From sequence record NZ_CP090008.1: 64,000 nucleotides of DNA. One strand, 5' to 3'. Below are positions 1 to 7,894 of the stretch, one piece after another. The translations under genes were made by a program, and so were the position numbers. Within the stretch, counting starts at the first letter, position 1; each line of letters starts with the position of its first letter. The notes beneath the pieces are model-generated. The model made no database searches. It saw only the letters and a list, made by a program, of their open reading frames with translations, and had not been told where the DNA came from. Source of the DNA: a plasmid.

Positions 1-14
1 ACGATTACTCTTTG

Positions 15-92
15 ACCCAAAATCGATAAGGTTGTCTATGCCGTATTATTGTAGCACCTTGTTTCAAACAAATACCAGATGAGGTGTTTTTT
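15..92. repeat. Left copy of ~80 bp direct repeat (second copy 34064..34141, ~85% identical); continues as diverged ~200 bp repeat ending in an IS3-type end remnant
   Basis: cccaaaatcgataaggttgtctatgccgtattattgta... matches 34067-34106 nearly base for base; downstream ACTTGACAAATGGT shared at 199 and 34239. Confidence 0.7.
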
Positions 93-169
93 AGCATGCC
101 CTTTTATGGATCAAAAAGTGTTAAAAATAAGACAGTAACCTCAGAATAGCTACTGTCTTATCTCTTTTT

Positions 170-230
170 TTACTTAAAGCCTTGATAGACTTGACAAATG
201 GTAGAAAAGAGTCGTTTTTCTTTGTGAAAC
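170..230 (-). mobile_element. Solo IS3-family end remnant (encodes OrfB C-terminal ...FSTICQVY on minus strand)
   Basis: Matches 3' end of intact IS3 OrfB at 34236-34262 (…FATICQVY) and third copy at 32945-32975. Confidence 0.5.
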
Positions 231-254
231 ATAGGGAACACCTCACAACTCTTC

Positions 255-290
255 TTATCTCTATTCTTATCTCTATTCTTATCTCTATTA
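255..290. repeat. Tandem repeat 3 x 12 bp (TTATCTCTATTC)
   Basis: Direct reading of sequence. Confidence 0.85.
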
Positions 291-542
291 TACGACTTTA
301 CACAAAGAAAAGCCCTTGGAAACTTTTGTTCCAAGGACTTTGTCTTCAATCTGAGGCCTTGATGATCAATGCTTTTTATATTGCTCAAAAGTCATTCAAC
401 TTTTATAAGCAAATAATATACTCCACTTATTGTGAGAGTGTGCATGAATATTTAAAGGATTAGAATGTGACATATGTGGGACTTGTTTTGAAATTAATAA
501 AATATGATAATTAATACAAGATAACTGAAGGAAGAAAAAATA

Positions 543-773
543 ATGAATGGGATAGGTTATATACTTAGGAGGTTACGGAAAGAAAAAGGGATTACACAGA
601 GAGTTATCTATACAAATCTTTGTAGTCGAAAGCAACTTTCTAGGATAGAAAATAATACATCTTTCCCATCAGTATATCTTTTATATCATATTTGCCAAAG
701 ATTAGAAGTGACAATAGATGAAGTTATCAAATTAACATTAGAAGGAGAAAGTAATGGCAATCAGCACAAGTGA
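543..773 (+). CDS. Small XRE-family helix-turn-helix transcriptional regulator (76 aa), first gene of cluster
   Basis: HTH_XRE signature (LRRLRKEKGITQRV...LSRIENN); overlaps start of next gene. Confidence 0.6.
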   Translation: MNGIGYILRRLRKEKGITQRVIYTNLCSRKQLSRIENNTSFPSVYLLYHICQRLEVTIDEVIKLTLEGESNGNQHK

Positions 774-1800
774 ATTAAAGTATGAATTACCGGTCGAATT
801 AGCTGCTCGACAACCTATAGAACTGACATCGAGTAGAAGGGATGGAACTAGATTAATAGTAGGTTTTAAAAACTCTCAAAAAATCATTGATGATGTTTTT
901 ACAAATTTTACTAACTATATAAATTCAGGAGACTTACTTATTTTAAATAATAGTAAAACAATTTCACCAATTTTTTATGCATATTCCGATAAATATGGAG
1001 AGGTGAAATTTCATATTAAGACTAAGACTGATTTAGGATATGTATCATATATCAGAATTAGAGAAGATTTAAAAGATAAAATTATTGGTGAGAACTTTAT
1101 TGTAACTGATGAAATAGAAGTATCTGTAAATAAACGAACTGAAGGCGATGAATTTTTGTGTAGTTTTAATTGTTCTGAAGAGGATTTGTATAACTATTTA
1201 TTAATTAATGGTGAGGCAGTGAAATCAATTTATACAAAGAAAAAATGGTCAATTGATTATTATCAAAATGAAGTTGCAAATAAATTAGGATCTTTTGAAA
1301 ACCCAGCAGCGAGTCGGCACTTTACTAATAAAATGTTAAATATTTTACGTGAAAAAGGGGTAAGAATCGCGTATATTACTTTAAATTGTGCTTCGGTTGA
1401 TACAAAAATTTTTGAGGATATTATAGAGAAACATGTTGTTTTTAAGGAATACTATGAGATCCCCGAAGAAACAGTAAGATTAATTCAAGAAACAAAATTA
1501 AACGGTAATAAGGTGTTTGCGGTTGGAACTACAGTTATTAGGACTTTAGAAAGCTGTAATTATGATAATTTCAGAATTACTTCCCCTTTAAAAAATTATA
1601 CTGATTTATATATTCATCCTGGACATAATTTTAAAGTAACAGATGCTTTAATTACAAATTTTCATGGATCAATGACTAGTAGACTTGCTCTTTCTGCAGC
1701 TGCAATTGGTGTGGATAATATTATGAATTTATACAAACATGCAATCGAAGAAAAATATTTATTTTATGAGTTTGGGGATGCGAATTTATTATTCATGTAG
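754..1800 (+). CDS. QueA-family protein (S-adenosylmethionine:tRNA ribosyltransferase-isomerase homolog), divergent, in non-tRNA-modification context
   Basis: Alignable along full length to QueA: YELPxELIA, GDLLxxNN, GNKVFAVGTTVIRTLES (cf. VGTTSVRSLES), ALITNFH, EEKYxFxxxGDA. Confidence 0.8.
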   Translation: MAISTSELKYELPVELAARQPIELTSSRRDGTRLIVGFKNSQKIIDDVFTNFTNYINSGDLLILNNSKTISPIFYAYSDKYGEVKFHIKTKTDLGYVSYIRIREDLKDKIIGENFIVTDEIEVSVNKRTEGDEFLCSFNCSEEDLYNYLLINGEAVKSIYTKKKWSIDYYQNEVANKLGSFENPAASRHFTNKMLNILREKGVRIAYITLNCASVDTKIFEDIIEKHVVFKEYYEIPEETVRLIQETKLNGNKVFAVGTTVIRTLESCNYDNFRITSPLKNYTDLYIHPGHNFKVTDALITNFHGSMTSRLALSAAAIGVDNIMNLYKHAIEEKYLFYEFGDANLLFM

Positions 1801-1831
1801 TTTAGTAAATAACTAGAAAGGGGGTGATGAT

Positions 1832-1906
1832 ATGAAGAAGTTGACATTGAAAGAACTGGTTGATAAAAATAATGATTTGCTCTCACGTTGCACAATCAAT
1901 AAATAA
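1832..1906 (+). CDS. Unannotated 24-aa peptide MKKLTLKELVDKNNDLLSRCTINK (candidate precursor/substrate peptide)
   Basis: ATG 8 nt after strong SD (GGGGGTGA); sits between QueA-like and PqqD-like genes; followed by hairpin 1925-1951. Confidence 0.5.
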   Translation: MKKLTLKELVDKNNDLLSRCTINK

Positions 1907-1972
1907 TTAACCACGGAAAAATCCAATGAAGAATGATATTATTTCTTCATTGGAGTTTATTTTGGAGGGCTT

Positions 1973-2239
1973 ATGCTTTATAAAGTTAATCGAGACGTAG
2001 AAATAACAGAAGAAAATGGATATCAAGTTATTCATAGATATTCAGATGATTCGTATTTTTCCTTAGAAAATGATACTTTGTTTATTTTATTGAGTTATAA
2101 TGGTTTAAATAAATTGCAAGATATTGCAAAAAGCTTTGCAAAATATAAAGGAATTTCTAATAACAAAGCTTTAGAATACGTAGAACAAATCCAAAAATAT
2201 TTAGTTTCAGAAGGAATAATTGTCATAGATGAGAACTAA
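1973..2239 (+). CDS. PqqD-like small protein (RiPP recognition element-type peptide chaperone), 88 aa
   Basis: Size and pattern typical of PqqD family (…LNKLQDIAKSF…YVEQIQKYLVSEGIIV); SD GGAGGG upstream. Confidence 0.55.
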   Translation: MLYKVNRDVEITEENGYQVIHRYSDDSYFSLENDTLFILLSYNGLNKLQDIAKSFAKYKGISNNKALEYVEQIQKYLVSEGIIVIDEN

Positions 2240-3095
2240 ATCTAAGTTATTTAATAATATAGCAGAAGATAATATAGACTCCCTTTATGTACAATTGTGT
2301 AATTTAATATATAAAAATGGTAAAGTTGTAATTTCGAGAGGCATGGAGGTAAAAGAATTAATTGGGGTTAACTTAATTTTAACTAATCCCAAAAGACGCT
2401 TTTTAGAAAATGCCAACAGAAAATTAAAACTATACTACGCTATTGGAGAATTCATATGGTATATGAGGGGGAGTAATAGTTTAGAGGAAATTCAGTATTA
2501 TGCCCCTAGCATGTCACAGTTTTCTGATGATGGTTCTATTCTTCAAGGAGCTTATGGACCTAAGATTGTAACTCAAATCGATAAATTGATTACACTGCTA
2601 AGACATGACAAGGGGACTCGTAGGGCAGTTTTACCTATTTATTCTGCGAGTGAATTAGGTAAAGATAGTAAAGATATCCCATGCACACTCACATTAGAGT
2701 TTTTGATTCGAGCTAATAAGCTTCATCTCATTGTCAATATGAGATCAAACGACATATTTTTGGGGCTTCCGTATGATATTTTTTCTTTCACAATGATTCA
2801 GGAATACATTGCAAATAAGATAGGTCTAAATTTAGGATATTATTATCATAATATCGGAAGCTTACATGTCTATAAGAAACATTTTGATAGAATAAAAGAA
2901 ATATCAACTATGAATATACATAAAACATCAGAATTCAATAACTCAAATTTAATCTTTAAAAATTTAAGTGATTTGTTAAACATTGAAAAATCAATTAGAA
3001 ACGGAAGTCCATACAATATGAGCAAGGAATTACTTAATAATTCGGATTTCAATAGAATAAAGATTGAACTAGAGAAATATAAGGATAGTAGGTGA
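2229..3095 (+). CDS. Thymidylate synthase (ThyA)/dNMP hydroxymethylase-family enzyme with catalytic Cys intact
   Basis: IPCTLTLEF…NMRSNDIFLGLPYDIFSFTMIQEYIA…SLHVY aligns to ThyA PCH…[20 protein letters not shown]…HLY. Confidence 0.8.
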   Translation: MRTKSKLFNNIAEDNIDSLYVQLCNLIYKNGKVVISRGMEVKELIGVNLILTNPKRRFLENANRKLKLYYAIGEFIWYMRGSNSLEEIQYYAPSMSQFSDDGSILQGAYGPKIVTQIDKLITLLRHDKGTRRAVLPIYSASELGKDSKDIPCTLTLEFLIRANKLHLIVNMRSNDIFLGLPYDIFSFTMIQEYIANKIGLNLGYYYHNIGSLHVYKKHFDRIKEISTMNIHKTSEFNNSNLIFKNLSDLLNIEKSIRNGSPYNMSKELLNNSDFNRIKIELEKYKDSR

Positions 3096-3098
3096 GAA

Positions 3099-3683
3099 AT
3101 GTCTATCGGAAAACTAATCTATATATGTGGAATTGATGGTTCTGGGAAAACAACATTAGCCAAGAATCTTTCTAATCATTTTGGTGATAAATCAATATTT
3201 TTGCCATTAAATAATTCAAAAAGATTCATTAATGAAATTGATAGTTTCTGTAAAGAGTATAATACAGACAGGTGGAGTATATTTTCAGAATATTTTAGGG
3301 GAAATATTTGGGCGTTAGAGCTAGTTTATTTTTGTGAAAATATTTTAAAACCCGCTCTAAAAAAGTACGAATATGTATTCATCGATAGATATTATATATG
3401 TAATGCTATATATTCTAATTTATTAGTCACTAATAAGTTGGTTAATAGACTGCATGAATTACTGATTAAACCAGACATGGTTTTTTATATCAATATTAAT
3501 CCAGAGATCGCTTTTGAAAGAATTTTAAAAAGGAATGAGCAAAAAACGCCGAAAGAAAGTTTGGACAATTTAAAATTAGCTTCTGATTTATATTCAAGAT
3601 ATCTTGAAGATAAAAGTTATTATGAATTAGACGGAGAGAAGTCAGAGAATCAAATTTTAAAGTCTGTATTACAAATTATTTAG
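3099..3683 (+). CDS. Thymidylate/dNMP kinase-like P-loop kinase
   Basis: Walker A GIDGSGKTT; DRY-type motif FIDRYYICNAIYS as in Tmk. Confidence 0.7.
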   Translation: MSIGKLIYICGIDGSGKTTLAKNLSNHFGDKSIFLPLNNSKRFINEIDSFCKEYNTDRWSIFSEYFRGNIWALELVYFCENILKPALKKYEYVFIDRYYICNAIYSNLLVTNKLVNRLHELLIKPDMVFYININPEIAFERILKRNEQKTPKESLDNLKLASDLYSRYLEDKSYYELDGEKSENQILKSVLQII

Positions 3684-3699
3684 AATTTAGGATTAAGAT

Positions 3700-4689
3700 A
3701 TGAAATTTGAAACAGTACTAGATTTTTATATATACTATTTGGAAATCCTTCTGAAAAGGGAAAAAAATCATACTAAAGTTGTCCCATTTTCGGAGATAGC
3801 TAATAAAGTCGAGGTTTTCAACAATAGTATTGAGATTGTTCAAGGAACTCATAGTAATATGCTATTTAGTAGATCTGAATTTAATTATAATGTAGTGCAT
3901 ATGCTATATTCTTTGAGTGGGAGAACAGATTCATATATATTAAAAAAATATAAAAGTTCATATTGGCGATATTCGAATGAGGGATTTTATGTCAATACAA
4001 TTGGGGAGCGGTTATATACTTTATATGGTAATCAAATTAAACGTTGTGTAAATTTTTTAAAAGAAAATATTTATACGTCAGATGCCGTTTGTTTTATGAA
4101 ATCTTTTGAAAATGAAAATATTGAATGTACTCTAAATCTTCATTTTTATTATAGAGATAATCGATTAAATTTGGAGTTATCATATAAAGGTTCTAGTTTA
4201 TTAGAGTATACTAACTCCGATCTATTTATTTATTCTTCTTTACTTTCATTAATGAGCCATTGGTTAGATGTGGAACCTGGAAGTTTATTTTTAAAATGTC
4301 ACTCGATTTTTATTTCAGAAAATGATCTAGAAAGAGCTAAGAAACTATTAGAAATTGGTAAATCGTTGAGAAATATTGGTATTTCAATGAATCATAGGTT
4401 TTCATCCAGTATTGAAACTTATCGTTCAGAATTTTCTGAAGCTATCAATAGAATAATTGCTTGGGATACTGTTGATATTACTCAGAGAGTTTCTGAGGAA
4501 TTAGAGTATATAAAAAAGTATTTTACTCCATATATTCAAGACTTGTTACTTATTCTTTTAGCGGATAGATTTCATCAAACTGATAGTGATTATAAAATAG
4601 TATTGAGTCAGCTCTCAGATAGGTCAATTGGGAAATTTAAGGAAACAATTGATAAAATACAATTTAATAAATTATTAGAGGTAATTTAA
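3700..4689 (+). CDS. Divergent ThyA-fold paralog (possible hydroxymethylase/methyltransferase or non-catalytic partner)
   Basis: IECTLNLHFYYRDNRLNLELSYKGSSLLEYTNSDLFIYSSLLSL resembles ThyA core (PCH…QRSxDxxLGxPFNIASY) but lacks the R-S-x-D phosphate motif. Confidence 0.4.
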   Translation: MKFETVLDFYIYYLEILLKREKNHTKVVPFSEIANKVEVFNNSIEIVQGTHSNMLFSRSEFNYNVVHMLYSLSGRTDSYILKKYKSSYWRYSNEGFYVNTIGERLYTLYGNQIKRCVNFLKENIYTSDAVCFMKSFENENIECTLNLHFYYRDNRLNLELSYKGSSLLEYTNSDLFIYSSLLSLMSHWLDVEPGSLFLKCHSIFISENDLERAKKLLEIGKSLRNIGISMNHRFSSSIETYRSEFSEAINRIIAWDTVDITQRVSEELEYIKKYFTPYIQDLLLILLADRFHQTDSDYKIVLSQLSDRSIGKFKETIDKIQFNKLLEVI

Positions 4690-4691
4690 AT

Positions 4692-4952
4692 TTGATAATT
4701 AAAAAGAGTCTTGCTGCTATACAACGTTCAGTATCAGGAAATGAATTTTTGTTAAATTTACTTACTGATAGGACTTTTCTCCTTAATGAAGTTTCTCTCT
4801 ATATTTGGAGTAATCTTGGAGAATGTAGTACTGAGGAAATAGCTGCAAATTTATCTAAAATGTATAATGAAAAAACCGAGATAATTCAAAATGATGTAGA
4901 TGAAGTTATTAATATTTTACAGGAAGAAGGGTTAATTGAAATTCTGAATTAA
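4692..4952 (+). CDS. Second PqqD-like small protein (RRE-type), 86 aa
   Basis: FLLNEVSLYIWSNLGECSTEEIAANL…DVDEVINILQEEGLIE is a textbook PqqD-family pattern. Confidence 0.65.
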   Translation: MIIKKSLAAIQRSVSGNEFLLNLLTDRTFLLNEVSLYIWSNLGECSTEEIAANLSKMYNEKTEIIQNDVDEVINILQEEGLIEILN

Positions 4953-4970
4953 GAGAGGTGGAGGATATTA

Positions 4971-5657
4971 ATGGCTGAAATTATTTATAGTATGATTGCT
5001 AATGAGATTTCAGAGCAATTGTCAGAGGATAATATTGTAATTTGGAAATCTGAGATGGATGGACTGGGGACCTCATTATCTGATATCGATGCATATTGTA
5101 TCTGCAAGGAAGAAAAAGTAATAAAAAGCTTTGTATATGAAGGGACACCGGTTGATATTGAATATGTGACTTCGGAAAGGCTAAAAGCTAAAATTAATAA
5201 AATTTATCAATACACTAATCATGGTGATATTTATAAAGGATTAGATGAAGATTTGAAATTATTTTACAGATTACAAAGAGGAGAGAAATCAGCTAAATTT
5301 TCATTGATTGGAGTTGAAGTTCCCACACTTGAGGAAATTTCTAAGATTGCAGCACAATATTATTATGAATTATTTTTAGGTCTGTATGAAGATGCTTATA
5401 AAATGTACCATGGGAAAAATAAATTAGATTCTTTTGTCCTTTCCCTAGAGACATTACAAATGTCTATTGCAACTTATTTAGCTAGGGTAGGGAAACCACA
5501 ATTTAAGAAAAAATGGCTATTTAAATATTTTAATATAGTAGCTAACAATTCCCTATATAAAGATTTAATTACACAATTAGAATCAACACAGGAATATGAT
5601 TTAATGGAATTCACAGAGAGTATACTAGTCAATTCAAAAAAGCTTCTAGAAATTTAG
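4971..5657 (+). CDS. Pol-beta superfamily nucleotidyltransferase (LinB/ANT-like)
   Basis: hG[GS]…DhDh motif: MDGLGTSLSDIDAYCI; helical C-terminal domain. Confidence 0.65.
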   Translation: MAEIIYSMIANEISEQLSEDNIVIWKSEMDGLGTSLSDIDAYCICKEEKVIKSFVYEGTPVDIEYVTSERLKAKINKIYQYTNHGDIYKGLDEDLKLFYRLQRGEKSAKFSLIGVEVPTLEEISKIAAQYYYELFLGLYEDAYKMYHGKNKLDSFVLSLETLQMSIATYLARVGKPQFKKKWLFKYFNIVANNSLYKDLITQLESTQEYDLMEFTESILVNSKKLLEI

Positions 5658-5679
5658 TATATTGAAAGGAGGTGAGATT

Positions 5680-5742
5680 ATGGTCTATAAAAAACCTATT
5701 GTTGAAGATATTAAATTAAGTGCCTCTGCATTACTTGTATAA
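5680..5742 (+). CDS. Unannotated 20-aa peptide MVYKKPIVEDIKLSASALLV (second candidate substrate/precursor peptide)
   Basis: Perfect SD AGGAGGTGA 7 nt upstream of ATG; followed by 12-bp perfect inverted repeat 5764-5775/5820-5831 plus T-run. Confidence 0.45.
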   Translation: MVYKKPIVEDIKLSASALLV

Positions 5743-5763
5743 TATCTTAGTATAAGTCGGAGA

Positions 5764-5831
5764 GTTGAACAGAATAATTATGTAGTTAATATGACTAACA
5801 GGAAGTATTACTACAAAAAATTCTGTTCAAC
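5764..5831 (+). terminator. Stem-loop (12-bp perfect arms GTTGAACAGAAT/ATTCTGTTCAAC) followed by T-rich tract; likely leaky terminator/attenuator after peptide gene
   Basis: Direct reading. Confidence 0.5.
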
Positions 5832-5857
5832 TTTCCATTTTTTATAGAGTAATAAAA

Positions 5858-6664
5858 ATGAGCAAAATTAGGTATATCATAATAAAGATACTATTACATC
5901 AATTTTACGGAATCAAAAATATAAAATTAATAAATTGTGTTAAAAATATGAATAAAGTTTATATTTTTGAAGATATCAACAAAAAGGTCAAAATGGTTTT
6001 AAAAGTAGAATCTGAAAGAAGAATTAATTCGATCAAGTACCAACATATATTTTCCAATTATGGGATATCGCCAAAAATAATTAAAACTAGAACAGGAAGA
6101 CAGTATATAAAGATTTATAGATTGGTAATATTTGTACAAGAGTATGTAACATCTAGTAAAAGAAAGGTCACTTCAACAGAGATTGTGGGATTTTTAAAAT
6201 ATTTTTACGGAAAAATGGATGAAATAAGAGAATATTTACCCGAAGTTTTGACTACTTATCCATTATATAAGCAAGGCGCATTAAGTAAATGGTTTTATGT
6301 AGTCCATGGTGATTTACGTCCACAAAATATTATCATTACCAGGGATAGTTTTAGCGTGATTGATTTTGAGTATTTAAGTCTAGGAATTCGAGAAACTGAA
6401 ATTCTCAAGTTAATTATAATAATTTGTAAATATCAAAGTAATTTGATTGAATCGCTATATTCTAAATTCTTAGAATCAGACGTAATAGAAATGCATATAG
6501 AGGAGGCGATAAGGGTTCTTTTGTATGATCTTCTTAAATCAAATTTTCCTGAAAAGGTCAAGAATAATATTCCAAAGAATTATTTTTTAGAAATAACTTC
6601 TGAAAGGGAGGCATTAATAAACTTTTGCCATACATATTTAAAAAGAAAGGAATCCCAAAAATGA
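5858..6664 (+). CDS. APH/choline-kinase-fold kinase (aminoglycoside phosphotransferase-like); true start may be internal (ATG 5948)
   Basis: Catalytic loop HGDLRPQNIII and IDFEY (DFE/DFG-like) motifs. Confidence 0.65.
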   Translation: MSKIRYIIIKILLHQFYGIKNIKLINCVKNMNKVYIFEDINKKVKMVLKVESERRINSIKYQHIFSNYGISPKIIKTRTGRQYIKIYRLVIFVQEYVTSSKRKVTSTEIVGFLKYFYGKMDEIREYLPEVLTTYPLYKQGALSKWFYVVHGDLRPQNIIITRDSFSVIDFEYLSLGIRETEILKLIIIICKYQSNLIESLYSKFLESDVIEMHIEEAIRVLLYDLLKSNFPEKVKNNIPKNYFLEITSEREALINFCHTYLKRKESQK

Positions 6665-7710
6665 TTTCAACTGAGATTGAGAAAAAATATCTACTTACAA
6701 AAGAAGAATTTCTATCCTTTAGTAGAGATTTTTTTAAAAGTGCAAAAATTCAAGAACAAACTAATTATTATTTTGATAGTTTAGATTTTTCACTATTAAA
6801 GAGAGGAATGACTCTTAGAATTCGAGAAAAATATGATAAATATATTTTAACATTAAAGAAAAAGAAATCAGTCAAAATAATTGTAGAATCGGAAGAAATT
6901 AATTTCGTAATTACACCGCAAGACTTTCAAGAGGCAATCTTAACTGGAGAATTTCCCCAAAATGTAAAGAAAGAACTAGACTCATTAATTCCCGAAAAGA
7001 AAATTTTTTATCTAGGTTTTCTAAAAACTAAAAGATATGTAATCGAAAAAAATTCTTTGATATATTGTTTAGATAAAAATAATTATTTTGGAAAGGAGGA
7101 TTTTGAATTAGAAATTGAAGGAACAGAGAAAGGACTAAAAGAAATTGAAATTGATATTTCCAAGAGCAAATCTAATAATGTTGGAAAATATGCTAGATTT
7201 ATTGATGAATTATTGAAAGGAAACGGTAATTATCTGATTAAAACTCAAGTGTCTGCAATTATTCTTAATAAAAGTAGCGATAAAGTTTGTCTTATTAAGA
7301 AGGATATTCCAACCTCAAGTATACATAATATGTGGCTTCCACCCGGTGGACATATCGATTTTGGAGAAAATTTAATAGATGCTGTCAAAAGAGAGGTCTA
7401 TGAAGAGACAGGGTTAGAAGTTACGGTTTCAAAATTATCTAGCATTGTATCGTTTCATCAAAAAAAGGCAGAGCAAGCTATTTGTTTCTTTTATGTCGCA
7501 GAATCCCAAAATATTAATGAAATAAATGTCACTGAGCCAGGCATTGAATGCAGGTGGTTTAATTTAAAAGATATACTAAGTGGAGATGATATAAATATGA
7601 CATCCTATCATAAGCTTATAATATCCGACTTGCAAGATAACAGGATTTTATATTTGAATTTAAAAAAATCTGATAATCAATATAATATTGAAAATATAGT
7701 TCATATTTAA
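6661..7710 (+). CDS. CYTH (triphosphate tunnel) - Nudix hydrolase fusion protein
   Basis: N-term EIEKKYLL (ExExK CYTH signature); C-term Nudix box GGHIDFGENLIDAVKREVYEETGLEV. Confidence 0.7.
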   Translation: MISTEIEKKYLLTKEEFLSFSRDFFKSAKIQEQTNYYFDSLDFSLLKRGMTLRIREKYDKYILTLKKKKSVKIIVESEEINFVITPQDFQEAILTGEFPQNVKKELDSLIPEKKIFYLGFLKTKRYVIEKNSLIYCLDKNNYFGKEDFELEIEGTEKGLKEIEIDISKSKSNNVGKYARFIDELLKGNGNYLIKTQVSAIILNKSSDKVCLIKKDIPTSSIHNMWLPPGGHIDFGENLIDAVKREVYEETGLEVTVSKLSSIVSFHQKKAEQAICFFYVAESQNINEINVTEPGIECRWFNLKDILSGDDINMTSYHKLIISDLQDNRILYLNLKKSDNQYNIENIVHI

Positions 7711-7894
7711 AAGATTAAAACTAGTTATATATAAAATCTAGGTATAACTGTTCCACTGAATTCCATAGATATAATTAGCTTCTTAAATGTAGGGCTATTT
7801 TATAGCTTGAATATACAATATAAGTGCACAATAAAAACTCATAAGATTTTCTAGTAAAATAGAATTGAACGAACTAGTTACGAAAGGAAATCTT

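Noticed and set aside
170-463. Overlapping 72-aa (-) and 93-aa (+) ORFs at window start
   Set aside because: They span an IS3-end remnant and a 3x12-bp tandem repeat (KNRDKNRDKNRD / ISILISILISI translations); they are artefactual.
2229-3683. Possibility that thyA-like + tmk-like are simply housekeeping thymidylate synthase/kinase
   Set aside because: Housekeeping thyA and tmk are not adjacent in streptococci. Here they are embedded with PqqD-like, QueA-like, NTase and Nudix genes in ~28% GC DNA flanked by IS remnants. Sequence is also quite divergent (extra paralog). This cannot be fully excluded without the rest of the genome.
4971-5657. Pol-beta NTase as a CBASS CD-NTase
   Set aside because: It is too small (228 aa) for cGAS/DncV-like enzymes, and there is no Cap effector, E1/E2 or HORMA partner nearby; a generic minimal nucleotidyltransferase is more likely.
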